From Antedon mediterranea (taxonomy: Eukaryota > Animalia > Echinodermata): a stretch of 64,000 nucleotides of DNA. Shown piece after piece: positions 14,316 to 27,927 of this stretch. A program made the position numbers and the translations under genes. The notes beneath the pieces are model-generated. The model searched no databases, was not told where the DNA came from, and saw only the letters and a list, made by a program, of their open reading frames with translations. The stretch lies in the NCBI RefSeq assembly GCF_964355755.1, contig NC_092671.1, positions 13,640,001 to 13,704,000 on the forward strand, read 5' to 3'. Each line of letters begins with the position of its first letter. Position 1 is the stretch's first letter.

Positions 14316-14830
14316 ATATTTATTGGTTACTCTCCTTTAAAACGGAGGAACACTCTCGTAACAGGAGGTTTGACCCATACAAAATGTTTACAAAATAAGG
14401 TCATACAGTTATTACAATATATATATATATATATATATATACAGGTACAAAAAGTTAATAATGGTTCACAATTACATAATATCAAGCAGCACAAATTCTA
14501 CTGACTAAAAAAAATAAATCATATTACAGGGTAGAAATGTTTTTCAATACTTCAGTCCTATGTGACATAGCTTTAATTAAAATTGATTTACTTTTATTGT
14601 CAAAAATGGAGCAAATTGATTTATCTTGGTACAAGTTATATATGTCGTCTAGTAATAAGTAATGCTTAAATTCTGTTGAACCATTAACAAAAATGTCCCA
14701 ATAATATTCATTAATTGTATATAAGTTACTTTTCAATTCATTATATGGAGGATAAACTTACACACAATCAAGCAAGAAATGATCAACTGTTTCTATTGAA
14801 TTACTTTTACAAATGAGACAATGATAAAGA
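14316..14830 (-). mobile_element. 3' fragment of a non-LTR retrotransposon
   Basis: Minus strand reads CLICKSNSIETVDHFLLDC (C-terminal CCHC-like knuckle), then ORF 14524..14736, then a 3' UTR ending in AATAAA with an (AT)n tract inside. Confidence 0.55.
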
Positions 14831-15057
14831 TGGAATTTAATCAGAAATTAGAAATATTACAAAAACTAAATACATTAAGCATGCATTACAAAAAGGGTTT
14901 ACTACGAAGCAATCTTGTTTTTTTAAAGAAAATATTCTGTGGTTTTAGAACAATTCGTCGTCGTCGTGTCTATATATAGTTTTAGCAGGAAGTTCTCACA
15001 ATGATCAATGAGTGACCAAAAGATTTAAATAGTGAATTATATTATGTACCATTTTGT

Positions 15058-15085
15058 TAGATAGATAGATAGATAGATAGATAGA
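15058..15085. repeat. (GATA)n microsatellite
   Basis: Direct reading. Confidence 0.85.
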
Positions 15086-17930
15086 CCGGATACAGCAACT
15101 TGTCAAAAAGTATGTGAATTTAAAAAGAATAAACAAACTGTGCTTAGATTCATGTTCACAGACAAGGAAGGAAGGAATATGTTGTCCGTAACAATATCAC
15201 ATACTATGGAATATAACAAAACATGATTAGTTTGGATCCGTTTTTAATAGTGAGAGGGACGTATAAAAATGAAATACTTTGCAAGCGAAGCAACATTAGG
15301 CTGGGGGCAGTCGGGGTTATACATATATTTTAAGTTAAGGGTGTCACAGATCAAAGCTTTGCTTGCTTGTGGTAATCCTGTTTTTCACAATTTATAGTAC
15401 TTTTACTTTTTTTAATATTTATTGTTATGATTTTTGTGTGAAAAATAAAGAATACTCAATACAAATAAAAATTAATGAATTACTTATTGACACATACATC
15501 AAACATAAAAGGAATGGCTGGACAATCATTATAGGAGCGCAATTGATGAATTACTTATTGACACATACATCAAAAATAAAAGGAATGGCTGGACAATCAT
15601 TATAGGAGCGCAATTAATGAATTACTTATTGACACATACATCAAACATAAAAGGAATGGCTGGACAATCATTATAGGAGCGCAATTGATGAATTACTTAT
15701 TGACACATACATCAAACATAAAAGGAATGGCTGGACAATCATTATAGGAGCGCAATTGATGAATTACTTATTGACAAATACACCAAACATAAAAGGAATG
15801 GCTGGATAATCATTATAGGAGCGCAATTAATGAATTACTTATTGGCACATACATCAAACATAAAAGGAGTGGCTGGACAATCATTATAGGAGCGCAATTG
15901 ATGAATTACTTATTGACACATACATCAAACATAAAAGGAATGGCTGGACAATCATTATAGGAGTGCAATTAATGAATTACTTATTGACACATACATCAAA
16001 CATAAAAGAAATGGCTGGACAATCATTATAGGAGCGCAATTGATGAATTACTTATTGACACATACATCAAACATAAAAGGAATGGCTGGACAATCATTAT
16101 AGGAGCGCAATTGATGAATTACTTATTGACACATACATCAAACATAAAAGGAATGGCTGGACAATCATTATAGGAGCGCAATTGATGAATTACTTATTGA
16201 CACATACATCAAACATAAAAGGAATGGCTGGACAATCATTATAGGAGCGCAATTGATGAATTACTTATTGACACATACATCAAACATAAAAGGAATGGCT
16301 GGACAATCATTATAGGAGCGCAATTAATGAATTACTTATTGACACATACATCAAACATAAAAGGAATGGCTGGACAATCATTATAGGAGCGCAATTGATG
16401 AATTACTTATTGACACATACATCAAACATAAAAGGAATGGCTGGACAATCATTATAGGAGCGCAATTGAAGAATTACTTATTGACACATACATCAAACAT
16501 AAAAGGAATGGCTGGACAATCATTATAGGAGCGCAATTGATGAATTACTTATTGACACATACATCAAACATAAAAGGAATGGCTGGACAATCATTATAGG
16601 AGCGCAATTGATGAATTACTTATTGACACATACATCAAACATAAAAGGAATGGCTGGACAATCATTATAGGAGCGCAATTAATGAATTACTTATTGACAC
16701 ATACATCAAACATAAAAGGAATGGCTGGAAAATCATTATAGGAGCGCAATTAATGAATTACTTATTGACACATACACCAAACATAAAAGGAATGGCTGGA
16801 CAATCATTATAGGAGCGCAATTGATGAATTACTTATTGACACATACATCAAACATAAAAGGAATGGCTGGACAATCATTATAGGAGCGCAATTGATGAAT
16901 TACTTATTGACACATACATAAAAAATAAAAGGAATGGCTGGACAATCATTATAGGAGCGCAATTGATGAATTACTTATTGACACATACATCAAAAATAAA
17001 AGGAATGGCTGGACAATCATTATAGGAGCGCAATTGATGAATTACTTATTGACACATACATAAAAAATAAAAGGAATGGCTGGACAATCATTATAGGAGC
17101 GCAATTGATGAATTACTTATTGACACATACATCAAAAATAAAAGGAATGGCTGGACAATCATTATAGGAGCGCAATTGATGAATTACTTATTGACACATA
17201 CATAAAAAATAAAAGGAATGGCTGGACAATCATTATAGGAGCGCAATTGATGAATTACTTATTGACACATACATCAAAAATAAAAGGAATGGCTGGGCAA
17301 TCATTATAGGAGCGCAATTAATGAATTACTTATTGACACATACATCAAATATAAAAGGAATGGCTGGACAATCATTATAGGAGCGCAATTGATGAATTAC
17401 TTATTGACACATACATAAAACATAAAAGGAATGGCTGGACAATCATTATAGGAGCGCAATTGATGAATTACTTATTGACACATACATCAAACATAAAAGG
17501 AATGGCTGGACAATCATTATAGGAGCGCAATTGATGAATTACTTATTGACACATACACCAAACATAAAAGGAATGGCTGGACAATCATTATAGGAGCGCA
17601 ATTGATGAATTACTTATTGACACATACATCAAACATAAAAAGAATGGCTGGACAATCATTATAGGAGCGCAATTGATGAATTACTTATTGACACATACAC
17701 CAAACATAAAAGGAATGGCTGGACAATCATTATAGGAGCGCAATTAATGAATTACTTATTGACACATACATCAAACATAAAAGGAATGGCTGGACAATCA
17801 TTATAGGAGCGCAATTGATGAATTACTTATTGACACATACATCAAACATAAAAAGAATGGCTGGACAATCATTATAGGAGCGCAATTGATGAATTACTTA
17901 TTGACACATACACCAAACATAAAAGGAATG

Positions 17931-18999
17931 CAGGCCCGTAGCCAGGGGGGTTTTTTATGGTTCGGGCGAACCCCCCCTTTACAGCGAACCCCCCTTAACC
18001 GACTGCGAACCCCCATCCCCGACATGCCCAATACATCACCCTCATCTCCGAAAATCGTCCAAATACGTGCCCCACAGTACAAAAAGTTGTTCGTAAATTA
18101 AAAAATTCGTAAACTCGTTCGGAATAACTCATACAGTACCTTCTTCCCTGTATGAGCGTACTTCGAGTGATATAGTCTGTAAAGAGTTGCAAATGAATGG
18201 CCGATTTTAACCTGAAAAATAAATGTTTGGTCCCTGCATGTAACATGATATTGACGCGTCTCACAGCGAGCTGGGGGACGAACGATTCGTACAAAGGACA
18301 CCGCCAGACAACTGCGTACCAATTGTTTAGATCACTGGCAGTCAGGCAGCATGCATAAAGTATATAGCCTTCCGACATACATCAGTATTTATGTGTGGCT
18401 ATGAAGTATAATGTATCATAGAGGATTATAGTGAATATTAATATTTTACACTATAATATCTGTGGTATCATGTACTGTAGTTCGCATTATGGCATCCGAT
18501 TATTTTTTTCTAGACCACCAGCCGATACGTACTCAAATGTATCAATATCACCTATCTACATTGGCATATTTAATTTCCTCAACAAATTGCTGTAAATAAA
18601 TATTATAGATAGAGCTATAATAAGAATTGCATTTGCCTTCACCCAGTGTGCTTTTTTCGGGGCTTCTCCTAGACGTACGTTCGCATTGAACTTGAACGCA
18701 AAACAAAATATCGAGTAAATGATCAAACAATCGGCGGTTCCGCACAGAGCACGCGCATCTAACATACGGCAACAAATGTTATCGTTTAAAAAGTCCACGA
18801 GTCCAAGTATGATCGTTTTGCTCATTGGTAGCATGATGCATGAGAGTGTCTTTTCCGGCCATCTAGGGGTGTCATTTAACAAAATTTGTTTCGCTTCAGG
18901 CCCCACCCCAGGGAGGGGGGAGGGGGTAGGTATGGGGGTGGGGTGACCCAAATACTTAGTGTGCGAACCCCCCCTTGACAGATCCTGGCTACGGCCCTG
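17931..18999. mobile_element. Non-autonomous TIR DNA transposon (1069 bp) inserted in the satellite, 5-bp TSD GAATG
   Basis: TIRs CAGGCCCGTAGCCAGG / CCTGGCTACGGCCCTG (1 mismatch in 16). GAATG at 17926-17930 and 19000-19004; the satellite resumes in register. Confidence 0.9.
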
Positions 19000-19670
19000 G
19001 AATGGCTGGACAATCATTATAGGAGCGCAATTGATGAATTACTTATTGACACATACATCAAACATAAAAGGAATGGCTGGACAATCATTATAGGAGCGCA
19101 ATTGATGAATTACTTATTGACACATACATCAAACATAAAAGGAATGGCTGGACAATCATTATAGGAGCGCAATTGAGGAATTACTTATTGACACATACAT
19201 CAAACATAATAGGAATGGCTGGACAATCATTATAGGAGCGCAATTAATGAATTACTTATTGACACATACACCAAACATAAAAGGAATGGCTGGACAATCA
19301 TTATAGGAGCGCAATTAATGAATTACTTATTGACACATACATAAAAATAAAAGGAATGGCTGGACAATCATTATAGGAGCGCAATTAATGAATTACTTAT
19401 TGACACATACATCAAACATAAAAGGAATGGCTGGACAATCATTATAGGAGCGCAATTGATGAATTACTTATTGACACATACATCAAACATAAAAGGAATG
19501 GCTGGACAATCATTGTAGGAGCGCAATTAATGAATTACTTATTGACACATACACCAAACATAAAAGGAATGGCTTGACAATCATTATAGGAGCGCAATTA
19601 ATGAATTACTTATTGACACATACATAAAAAATAAAAGGAATGGCTGGACAATCATTATAGGAGCGCAATT

Positions 19671-21538
19671 TTTTTTTTTCTCTTTTGTGGTTAACCACCA
19701 CCTTTATTCATTCTTTCATACAAATTTCGTTCACATTTCATTTTCATACATTAAATTTCTGTTTTCTACTTTTTTCGTTATTTTCTGATTTTTACTCTTT
19801 TAACCTTTATACATATAGTGGTTTGATTATATGCATACAAAAACTGTACATCTTAAAATACAAAAATGGATGCCACTTATAAGTTACAACATGCCTAGTG
19901 TATTCATATCTTTTAAAATATATTTAAACTGAATCCAGGGATTCTGGCATACAGGTTTTTTAAGTTCAGTTTTAATTTTAATTATGTATATGACGTACAC
20001 AGCTATTGAATACAATTGGTTTTTTAATTGACATTTACTTCCTAACAGGAGTTCTTTGAACGAGCTACTGCTGTTATTTAGCTTTTTAAATATATTGTCA
20101 ATTTTTTCCCATAGTATTTGATTACGTCTACAGTAATAAAACATATGTTTTTCGTCTTCAATGACTCCACAATTGTTACATATGTTATTATTTTTCAGTT
20201 TCCAGTTATACAGTTTTAGATTTGTAGGTACAACTCTATTTAGTAATTTGTAATTCAATTGGGCAAATTTCTTAATTTTTTCGTTTTTCACTTTTCTTTT
20301 CCAGACATCACACCACTTGATATCTTCATTAAATATGTTATTCCATTTAAGTATGCTTTTCGGGGGAATAAAAACATTATTAACAAAGTTAGAATAAACA
20401 TCTTTTGTTGTCATCTTAATTATATTGTTGATATTGTATTCCAGATTCACATTCATATATTGGTTCATATTTGGCATATTATGTTTAATTATACTTAACC
20501 ACTCTTTTGGAATAGCTCTGGTTAGAGAAACATATTCAGCTATCCAGTTTTTCTTAATACGTAATTGTTTAATTATTTCTATAGGTTTCATTAGACGATT
20601 GAAAATAATTATATCTCCAATTTGATTAAAACCTGCATCTATCCAGTTCTTAAAGAATAGTGGTTTGTTTCTATATTTAATATCATTGTTACCCCATAAG
20701 TTTTGCTTTATCACTTCTTCATACTCGTTAATTGTACCTTCATTATTCATATTATTAAATTCAACACAACACTTTAGAACATTATAATAAAAAGATGGTA
20801 TAGTATCTAAGCCCATGTTATTTTGAAAATTGATATTTGACATACTTAAAATTAGTTGTTCGGTTCCAAATTTATTAAAATAGTATAGTGGTAAGATTTT
20901 CCATCTTACGTGTTTTCTACACAGTAATTTTCTTGCCCATATCATTTTCAGAGAGTTTATGTGTAATGCGAAATCAGGCATACCTATGCCCCCTTTAATC
21001 ATCCTACCGATTAAAGTTTTTCTTTTTATTTTTTCTGTTTTTCCATTCCATAAAAAGTTATATATCAATTTATTTATTTTAAAAATAACATCATCTGGTA
21101 CATCAATTATACATGCATTGTATGTTAGTTTAGACAAAGCTAAACTTTTTAAAATGGTAACTTTGCCAAAACAGGTTAGGTTTCTTCCTTTCCATCTATT
21201 GAGTAGCATTTCTAAGTTTGCCACCTTACTATCCCAATTTAATTCACTGCATTTGTTCTCATTATATCCCACATAAATACCCAAAATCTTAATTGGTTCA
21301 TTAACCCAATTTAGACTGCATGGTTTTTGAATTTTGTTTACATTTTTGCCAATCCATATAGCGTTGGTTTTTTTTTTATTTAAAGTCATACCAGACACTT
21401 TACCAAACTTATTAACAATGTTTAAACCAATCTCTATACTTTTTTCATTTCCCACAAAGAGTACAGTGTCATCTGCCAGCTGCGCAATGCGAACTTCCTC
21501 ACCATTATCATTGTTAGGTAAAGATATTCCTTTATAGC
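19671..21538 (-). mobile_element. 5'-truncated Tx1/L1-clade LINE with intact ORF2 C-terminal part and poly(A) tail
   Basis: ORF 19884..~21538: QLADDTVLF (RT motif), LNKKKT, IKILGIYV, WKGRNLTCFGKVTILKSLALSKL, GGIGMPD, CNNCGVIEDEKHMFYYC. T-run at 19669-19679; ~14-bp TSD ATAGGAGCGCAATT at 19657-19670 and 21539-21552. Confidence 0.92.
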
Positions 21539-21923
21539 ATAGGAGCGCAATTAATGAATTACTTATTGACACATACATCAAACATAAAAGGAATGGCTGG
21601 ACAATCATTATAGGAGCGCAATTATTGCACATTCTAAAAATAATTTATATTTTAGTGTTTAATGCATTTTTTCAAATTGATGGAACATTGGCCCTTAATG
21701 GAACCAATCCTTACATTATGGGTTATATAACGCCTAGTTTAGATAAAAGTGTCTATTCAAACATTTGGCAAATAATTGTTACATTTTCTTGATTTAGTAA
21801 CTTGGCTATCTTTCAGCTCTTTGTAAACCCAGCGACCATTCAGATATCGAGGGACTCGAGTCAAATAGAAAATGGATAGCATTGCATTTGTCTTTGAATT
21901 CAAGTCTGTCAAATGTATCTTAT

Positions 21924-22320
21924 ATTTGTTATTATTTTGTACTCAAATAAAAAAATGAAATACTGTACTACATTTAAAAAAAAATTGTTTATTCAACTGT
22001 GTATCATATTATACATCTGTGTATCATTAGTATTATGTGTGGGTGGTACATAGTAAACACACAATCTATTACATAAGAATACATTCTCTGGGTAAATAAA
22101 AGAAGTGGCTCCTTTAATCAACAAATTTGTTATTATTTTGTATTCACATAACAAAATGAAATACTGTACTACATTAAAAAAAAATTGTTAATTCATCTGT
22201 GTATTATACATCTGTGTATCATATAGTATTATATGTGGGTACATAGTAAACACTCAATCTATTTCATAAGTATACATTTTCTGGGTACATAAAATAAGTA
22301 GGCCCCTTAATCAACAAATA
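21924..22320. repeat. Two-copy ~200-bp direct tandem duplication
   Basis: ATTTGTTATTATTTTGTA...GAAATACTGTACTACATT...AATCAACAAAT occurs at ~21924 and ~22125. Confidence 0.75.
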
Positions 22321-22880
22321 TCAAAATAAACAACCTCAATCACCAACGAAATCCTGTATACTTTCTGCTGAAATAAGTTATGTCTCCATGCCTAAACTAA
22401 TAATATTTCATAATTATATTCAATCAAAACTGTAAAAGTCAACATTATTTATAAAATGAATTAAAAAAAACAATTAAGGGCCTAAAACAATAAATGAACT
22501 TATGTCTAATGGTTCCTTTGATTCTGATCATATATATTGTTGATTCAACACACTAACATTTGGTGTGGCCATTGTTTGATGCTCATATGGTTTAAAATCT
22601 ACACTGATCAGACAGAAAATGTTAAAGTCAATATGCACATGGGATCTATCAATTGGTACTGTGGTACCATACATTGAATATAAGCTAACCTAATATAAGC
22701 AATTCAAGAGGGCATTTTGTTTTGTTTTTCTCAGGGAGTGAGGGCGCAGGAAGTGAGCAAGAAATACCAATTGTACAGTACAGACCACTGATGGATAAAA
22801 CTCACTCACCACATTCATTAGATTAGTTCTAAATGAGTGAGAAATTTCATTATTTCTCAATATACTCACCTGACACTAGT

Positions 22881-23322
22881 CTAAGCATGTCTGGCTTGGC
22901 TACTTGACGGGATACTGCCAAGTTCTAGGCTACCCTGAGAAGTGGAAGGAATCTCACTTGTCCCAGTAGTTATGTTTATAAAAATACCTTTCCAGTAATT
23001 TCTAACTTCTTTATTTCTAACACAATACATCACAAAAATGAGAAAGCCCTGAAGGGTGTTAAAGATACAGAATAATAAGTTGTTGATTCTGGAAGCCTCT
23101 CCAATCGCAAAGAACCCAAAAAGCCATGTTAAGCCCATTACCAAGGTGATACTAATTGCATTTTGCAGCATCCGGATTCCATCATTTTTCTTTTGCCTTT
23201 GAAACTTTCCATGTTGGAACAAGCTATGCATCACCAGAATAAACACCATTGCGTTGAACAGCAGTGCAATAGCCACAGGAACAGCAACACTTACATACAT
23301 TCGACTCAAGGCCAAAAAACAA
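22881..23322 (-). CDS. Adhesion GPCR terminal exon (TM5-TM7, C-tail, stop)
   Basis: CFLALSRMYVSVAVPVAIALLFN...LVMGLTWLFGFF...LFCIFNTLQGFLIFVMYCVRNKEVR, a family-B/adhesion 7TM signature. CAG acceptor, TAG stop. Confidence 0.93.
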
Positions 23323-23568
23323 CTGGGAAGAGAGATAATCCATTTATATACTTTGAGCAAAAATAAGTTCAATACAAACAAATCAATTCCAACACTTGAT
23401 TTAGCAAAATTAGTTATTTATAAACATGTTTGCCGCAATATGATTCATTTTGTCATAATTTACATTTTTTTACTTTTGATCAACATTTCGGAACCATTTT
23501 TTAAATTTGACTAATAATAAATTATATAATATTACTGTATTTTTGTAAAATTATGGTGCATTACTTAC

Positions 23569-23638
23569 TGGTTATTTTCATCTACATATTCATCAACATC
23601 CACAAAGATTGTGGCCAAAACAATAACAGCTGGTGTAC
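23569..23638 (-). CDS. Adhesion GPCR exon (TM4-ECL2)
   Basis: (G)TPAVIVLATIFVDVDEYVDENN(H); AG/GTAAGT, phases 1/2 fit both neighbours. Confidence 0.88.
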
Positions 23639-23760
23639 CTGTAAGAGACCATTTTTATTTCAAGACTCAAAACACACTACTGTGACTATTTCTTACTGTA
23701 TGTTTTGTGAATGATATAGCAAGTTTATTTACCTGATTGAAAGTAAATATTTAAACTCAC

Positions 23761-24026
23761 CCCATCCAAAAAGAATGGATTTAAAAAGAAAATTGGAAAC
23801 ATGGGAATTCAACACTTTCACAAACAGGTAATACATCATTACAGCTTGTACGGTCATCCAGAAAATTGAAGAAAGCAGAAAGTAATGCAATATCGCCCCC
23901 ACAGCAGTACACCCATATTCATTGCGCTTGTTTTGGTCAATTCCTGCAAGGAACACGATGTACAGACACAGCAATGAGGCACATAAATTACACAGGATTT
24001 TCTTTGGTTCAGGTTTTCTTAAATTT
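23761..24026 (-). CDS. Adhesion GPCR exon (TM2-TM4)
   Basis: NLRKPEPKKILCNLCASLL...CTAVGAILHYFLLSSIFWMTVQAV...FGW; AG/GTGAGT. Confidence 0.92.
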
Positions 24027-24245
24027 CTAAAATGAATGGTACAAAAATCATATTTAGAAAAAAAAATGTAAACATTATAAATCCAACAATATAGGCATAT
24101 TAATAAGTTTATTAATAAAAATGATAAATCAATAAAAATAATATAGAGCTGCTGGTAATTATTTTGATGATTACTATGACAAGTAGACATGGGTCTAGCT
24201 TAATACATAAATATTTATTTTTCAAAGGATATCTCATATACTTAC

Positions 24246-24355
24246 CTATTAGTTGCGAAAGTTAACAATGTGAGACTAAGCCCTGTGATTGATAGAGCTA
24301 AACCTATTTTGGTAATTATTTCAAGAACTGGATCATCATCTTGAGGGTAAAAATC
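24246..24355 (-). CDS. Adhesion GPCR exon (TM1)
   Basis: DFYPQDDDPVLEIITKIGLALSITGLSLTLLTFATN(R); AG/GTAAG. Confidence 0.9.
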
Positions 24356-24509
24356 CTATAAAGACAGTAAATTGGCTTTCTTAAGATAACTTTAAAACAT
24401 AACAAACACGGTTCTATGTTCTGTTATTTATAAAATGTTATTTATAAGAATAGAAAATAGAATAGAAAGCTATAAACATTTTATATATACATTAATTAAA
24501 TTATTGTAC

Positions 24510-24677
24510 CATAAGAACAGCAAAATTAGTGAGATGATCGCAATTACAGTACTGTCTATCTCTACCATCAGGGGATCCACTAATTAGAACACATCCCTCA
24601 CTTGACCACCCTCCAATACCATTCTCCAATGCAAAATCCCAAAACACACATTCAGTGTTATCGTTTTCCTCAGTTAT
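24510..24677 (-). CDS. Adhesion GPCR GPS exon
   Basis: ECVFWDFALENGIGGWSSEGC...YCNCDHL/TNFAVLM: canonical GPS with H-L-T cleavage triad and Stachel; 168 nt, phase 0/0. Confidence 0.93.
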
Positions 24678-24761
24678 CTACAAAAGGAGAATGCAAACAT
24701 TATATTTACAGTGTTATCCTGAAGCAGGGATGCAGAGATTTGCCAGACTAAAATTGGTAAT

Positions 24762-26633
24762 AACAAGGCCATATAGATGGCTGCAGTCGCGTGCTCATTG
24801 GTGTTTACCGACCGACCGACCAACCTACCAACTGACCGAAATTACTGAACATGTTTAAAAATGTTGAAATGTTTAAAAACATTATATTTTTTTAATTTAC
24901 ACGTGCGTAGCCTGTCACTTTTGACGTGCTCGTATAACGTAATTTCGAGTTGAAAAGTAAGTCAAGACTAGATTTGAACTCGTCACTAAGGACGAGTTAG
25001 GTTATCCGCATCGCAAACGCCACGTGCACGTCATACGTTAGAATATTGCGCGCAGAAAAACGATTAAGCCATTGAAAAAAATGTTAGTGCGCTCTCTATT
25101 TTGTGTTACGTCTAAGTATATACAGTATACACTATACTGTATACGTACTACATACAGTGCAGAATAGGTGAAAATAAGTGACCAAAGTTATTGACGCTTT
25201 TTCACATGATGACGTCATAAACATTTTAAAAATGGTAAATCATGCGAAAGATATTTGATTGACCTAGACAATAAAAAAAAATGGGGGAAAATGGAAAACG
25301 GATAAGTGGAGATGCGCTCTATTAAATGTGGTGCGCTATGACGAAAGAGACAAAAATCCTATATTTTATATTCGAGTAGCCATACGATGACGTCACAATG
25401 TCCGGTTAGCCATATTAATGCATGATTCGGTAAATACAACTCATCAACTTCCAGAATATGTAATTAAAAAAAAGTTCACCACGTAGTTTAGAATTTATGA
25501 CTGTTTAAAAAAAGGCATAATTTTGACGAATTTTTGAACTTTTTCATCAAAAACGCGCGCAAATTGTCAAATTCTACGTGGTTATATGACGTGATATTAA
25601 GTCAAAATTGTTTAAAAATTGGTAAAATTACTAGAAAAGGCTGGAAAAACAAAAATAACGCAAAAAAATATGTTTTTTGTGCTACGTGCTCAAAATGACA
25701 TGAAAGGCGTAGAAAGTTGATTAGAAATTAATTTTTCGCATCTTGAAATTTTAAACGCGCGTGCGCGCGTAACTTTCTATAAAACATGCCATTTTTAATC
25801 CATATAAAATTTGCGCTTGATATGACTTAAATTTTCACCAAGTGTCAATACAAAATGACTTCTAGTTTTTAATCTATGATCAATCATTGAAATTCATAAA
25901 ATCGCGCGTAACTTACGCTGCGCGACTCAACATTCATAAAAAAAAGTTTCTTGCACATCTACAGTTCAATCTTATGACAAAGTTATACAATCTTATGTTG
26001 GCCAGAATTAGAGATACGCTGCGAACAAAATTCCGGGAAAGAAAGAAGAATAAAGAAAAAAAAAAAGAAAAAAAAAAAGATCGTGACAATAACAAGGGGT
26101 TATCCGCCAAGTGCGGATAACCAAAAACAGAAATCGGGCAAAAGGAGTGCGCAATAACATTTAACACGCAGTGCGCGCGCAAAAATCTGCGCACTCATGG
26201 CAATTTTGTAAACGCTTAAAATTGCCTGAAACGTACTCTTATTTCATCGAAAATAAATTTTGAAAATTGTAAGCGCTCGTACGCATGCGTCAGATGCGCT
26301 ACGCACGTAATTGTATTGCTATATGATGATTTATGCCCTGAAATTTATGAGTACCAAATTTTATTTAATTGGTTGTGAAGATATGATTACAAACATGATT
26401 TCGTTAAATCCTGCGTAGACCGCGTAATTTTTTATTGCGCACCGTGAAAACATAACCACATTGATTCCTGGCCATAAGGAATATACTGTGAAAAATTGAC
26501 TTAGCTAATTAAACTGATATCAAGATAAGGTCAGAAAGCGATAAAACACATAGTGATACCAGACCGACAGACAGACCGACCGACCGACCGACCGACATAG
26601 TGAACTATAGAGTCGCGTCCACGCGACTAAAAA
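24762..26633 (-). mobile_element. Helentron/DINE-1(HINE)-like non-autonomous element, family A, containing a nested family-B element (24967-26126)
   Basis: On the minus strand: T-run, hairpin AGTCGCGTGGACGCGACT, (GTCG/GTCT)n microsatellite, sub-terminal repeat CACGCGACT and terminal hairpin GCCATCTATATGGC, with no TSD. Family B has hairpins AACTCGTCACTAAGGACGAGTT and TTATCCGCCAAGTGCGGATAA. Confidence 0.7.
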
Positions 26634-26941
26634 TGGTGCAAGAAAATTGTGTAAGAAAATTATAGGCCCTACATAAAATAAACACTCATCTAGTAGTGAT
26701 AAGTTAAGCCATTAAAAACATAGACCAAGAGCAATCAAAGATTTTATTTTGTCAATTGGATAGAAAAGGACAATATTATTTAAATTTTTTTGTATTTAGT
26801 AGATTTTACATCTTATATAGTACATCAGTAATTCGGTACTTCACTTAATTTTTCAAACTCGATTTCTATATCGGGAGAACATTGTTTATAAAATTCCATT
26901 AAAATATACAGTATACTCTAATTATTGATCTTAATAGGTCT

Positions 26942-27545
26942 ATGATTTTAGATGTGTTTAAATTGTATGAGTTGCATGTGCTTAAATTTATTTCCGATTT
27001 ATTTTATTCTAGATTACCTCATCATATTATACTATACTTTAACTATGTAAACCATCCATTTAACACCCGATTTAATGACCCGTTTAATCTCTCGATCCCC
27101 TTTTGCCGTACGACTCTATCTCAAACCAATATAACATACCAAGGTCCTAAACTCTGGAATAAACTCCCAGTAAATATTAAGTCAATTTCATTTAGAACAC
27201 AATTTGCCATCAAAGTCAAAGAACATTTAATAACCTTATATGATGCTTAGTTTTTTTTTCTAGTTTTTTCTATTTAAAAAACAAACAAAAAATGTGTATA
27301 ATACTCTTCTATTACTTATTTCATATTCATATTGATAATGCCAGTGAGTTATTAATTTTCATTTATGTAATTAATTTTCTTCAGATTTTTCTTTTTCAGA
27401 AATGATATACGTTCTAGTTTAAGTTTTGTTTATTTTAAAAGGCCAAAACTCGATAAGCGAAAGCTTTTTTTTTTGGTCTTTTGTCTTTAGTTTGATTTTA
27501 TGTATGTGAAAAAGAACAAGAAAGAAAGACAATAAAGATTATTAT
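26942..27545 (+). mobile_element. CR1/L2-group LINE 3' end
   Basis: HPFNTR...LSIPFCRTTLSQTNITYQGPKLWNKLP..IK...F...VKEHLI, then a T-rich UTR with a hairpin and AATAAAGATTATTA tail. Confidence 0.75.
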
Positions 27546-27883
27546 ATACTATATGACAATTAACACCTTGGTTAGGGGTTACTTTCTCTTGAGCAAGGAG
27601 AAAAGAAGGTAATATTTGAACTTTGAAATATTTAAGTTTCATGAGTTTTCATGAGCTATGTAAAATAACATTGAATGATTTTTAACAAAAAACAACACCC
27701 AAACCCACCTGTGTATGCCTAAACTTTAAAAGTCAGAAATGGATTCCTAATTTAATCAGTTTAAATAAGAAAGATTTAGATCTTCACCAGTCCCTTTTTT
27801 AGTCCGACTCATTAATGATGAATATTGAATAGGCTGGCACTATTTTAACTTACAGGTGGACCAATTTTAATGTGGTAAATTAT

Positions 27884-27884
<1 letters not shown>

Positions 27885-27922
<38 letters not shown>
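27885..27922. repeat. Poly-T tract (~38 nt)
   Basis: Direct reading. Confidence 0.85.

Positions 27923-27927
<5 letters not shown>

Larger units (their letters stand above)
15470..21624. repeat. 71-bp tandem satellite, ~45 units, interrupted by two insertions
   Basis: Unit AGGAGCGCAATTGATGAATTACTTATTGACACATACATCAAACATAAAAGGAATGGCTGGACAATCATTAT. Blocks at 15470-17930 (~35 units), 19000-19670 (~9) and 21539-21624 (~1). Confidence 0.97.

Noticed and set aside
17886-19017. ORFs inside the TIR element as a transposase
   Set aside because: Short, overlapping on both strands, with no DDE or hAT motifs.
15470-19670. CRISPR array
   Set aside because: Contiguous near-identical 71-bp units with no unique spacers, no cas genes, and a eukaryotic context.
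21539-21632. Hydrophobic N-terminus of the 582-aa ORF as a signal peptide on a domesticated RT
   Set aside because: It is the antisense translation of one satellite unit fused by chance to the truncated LINE.
15335-21697. TTAA-flanked Kolobok/piggyBac-like element enclosing the satellite
   Set aside because: TTAAGGG...CCCTTAA ends exist, but the inverted match does not extend convincingly.
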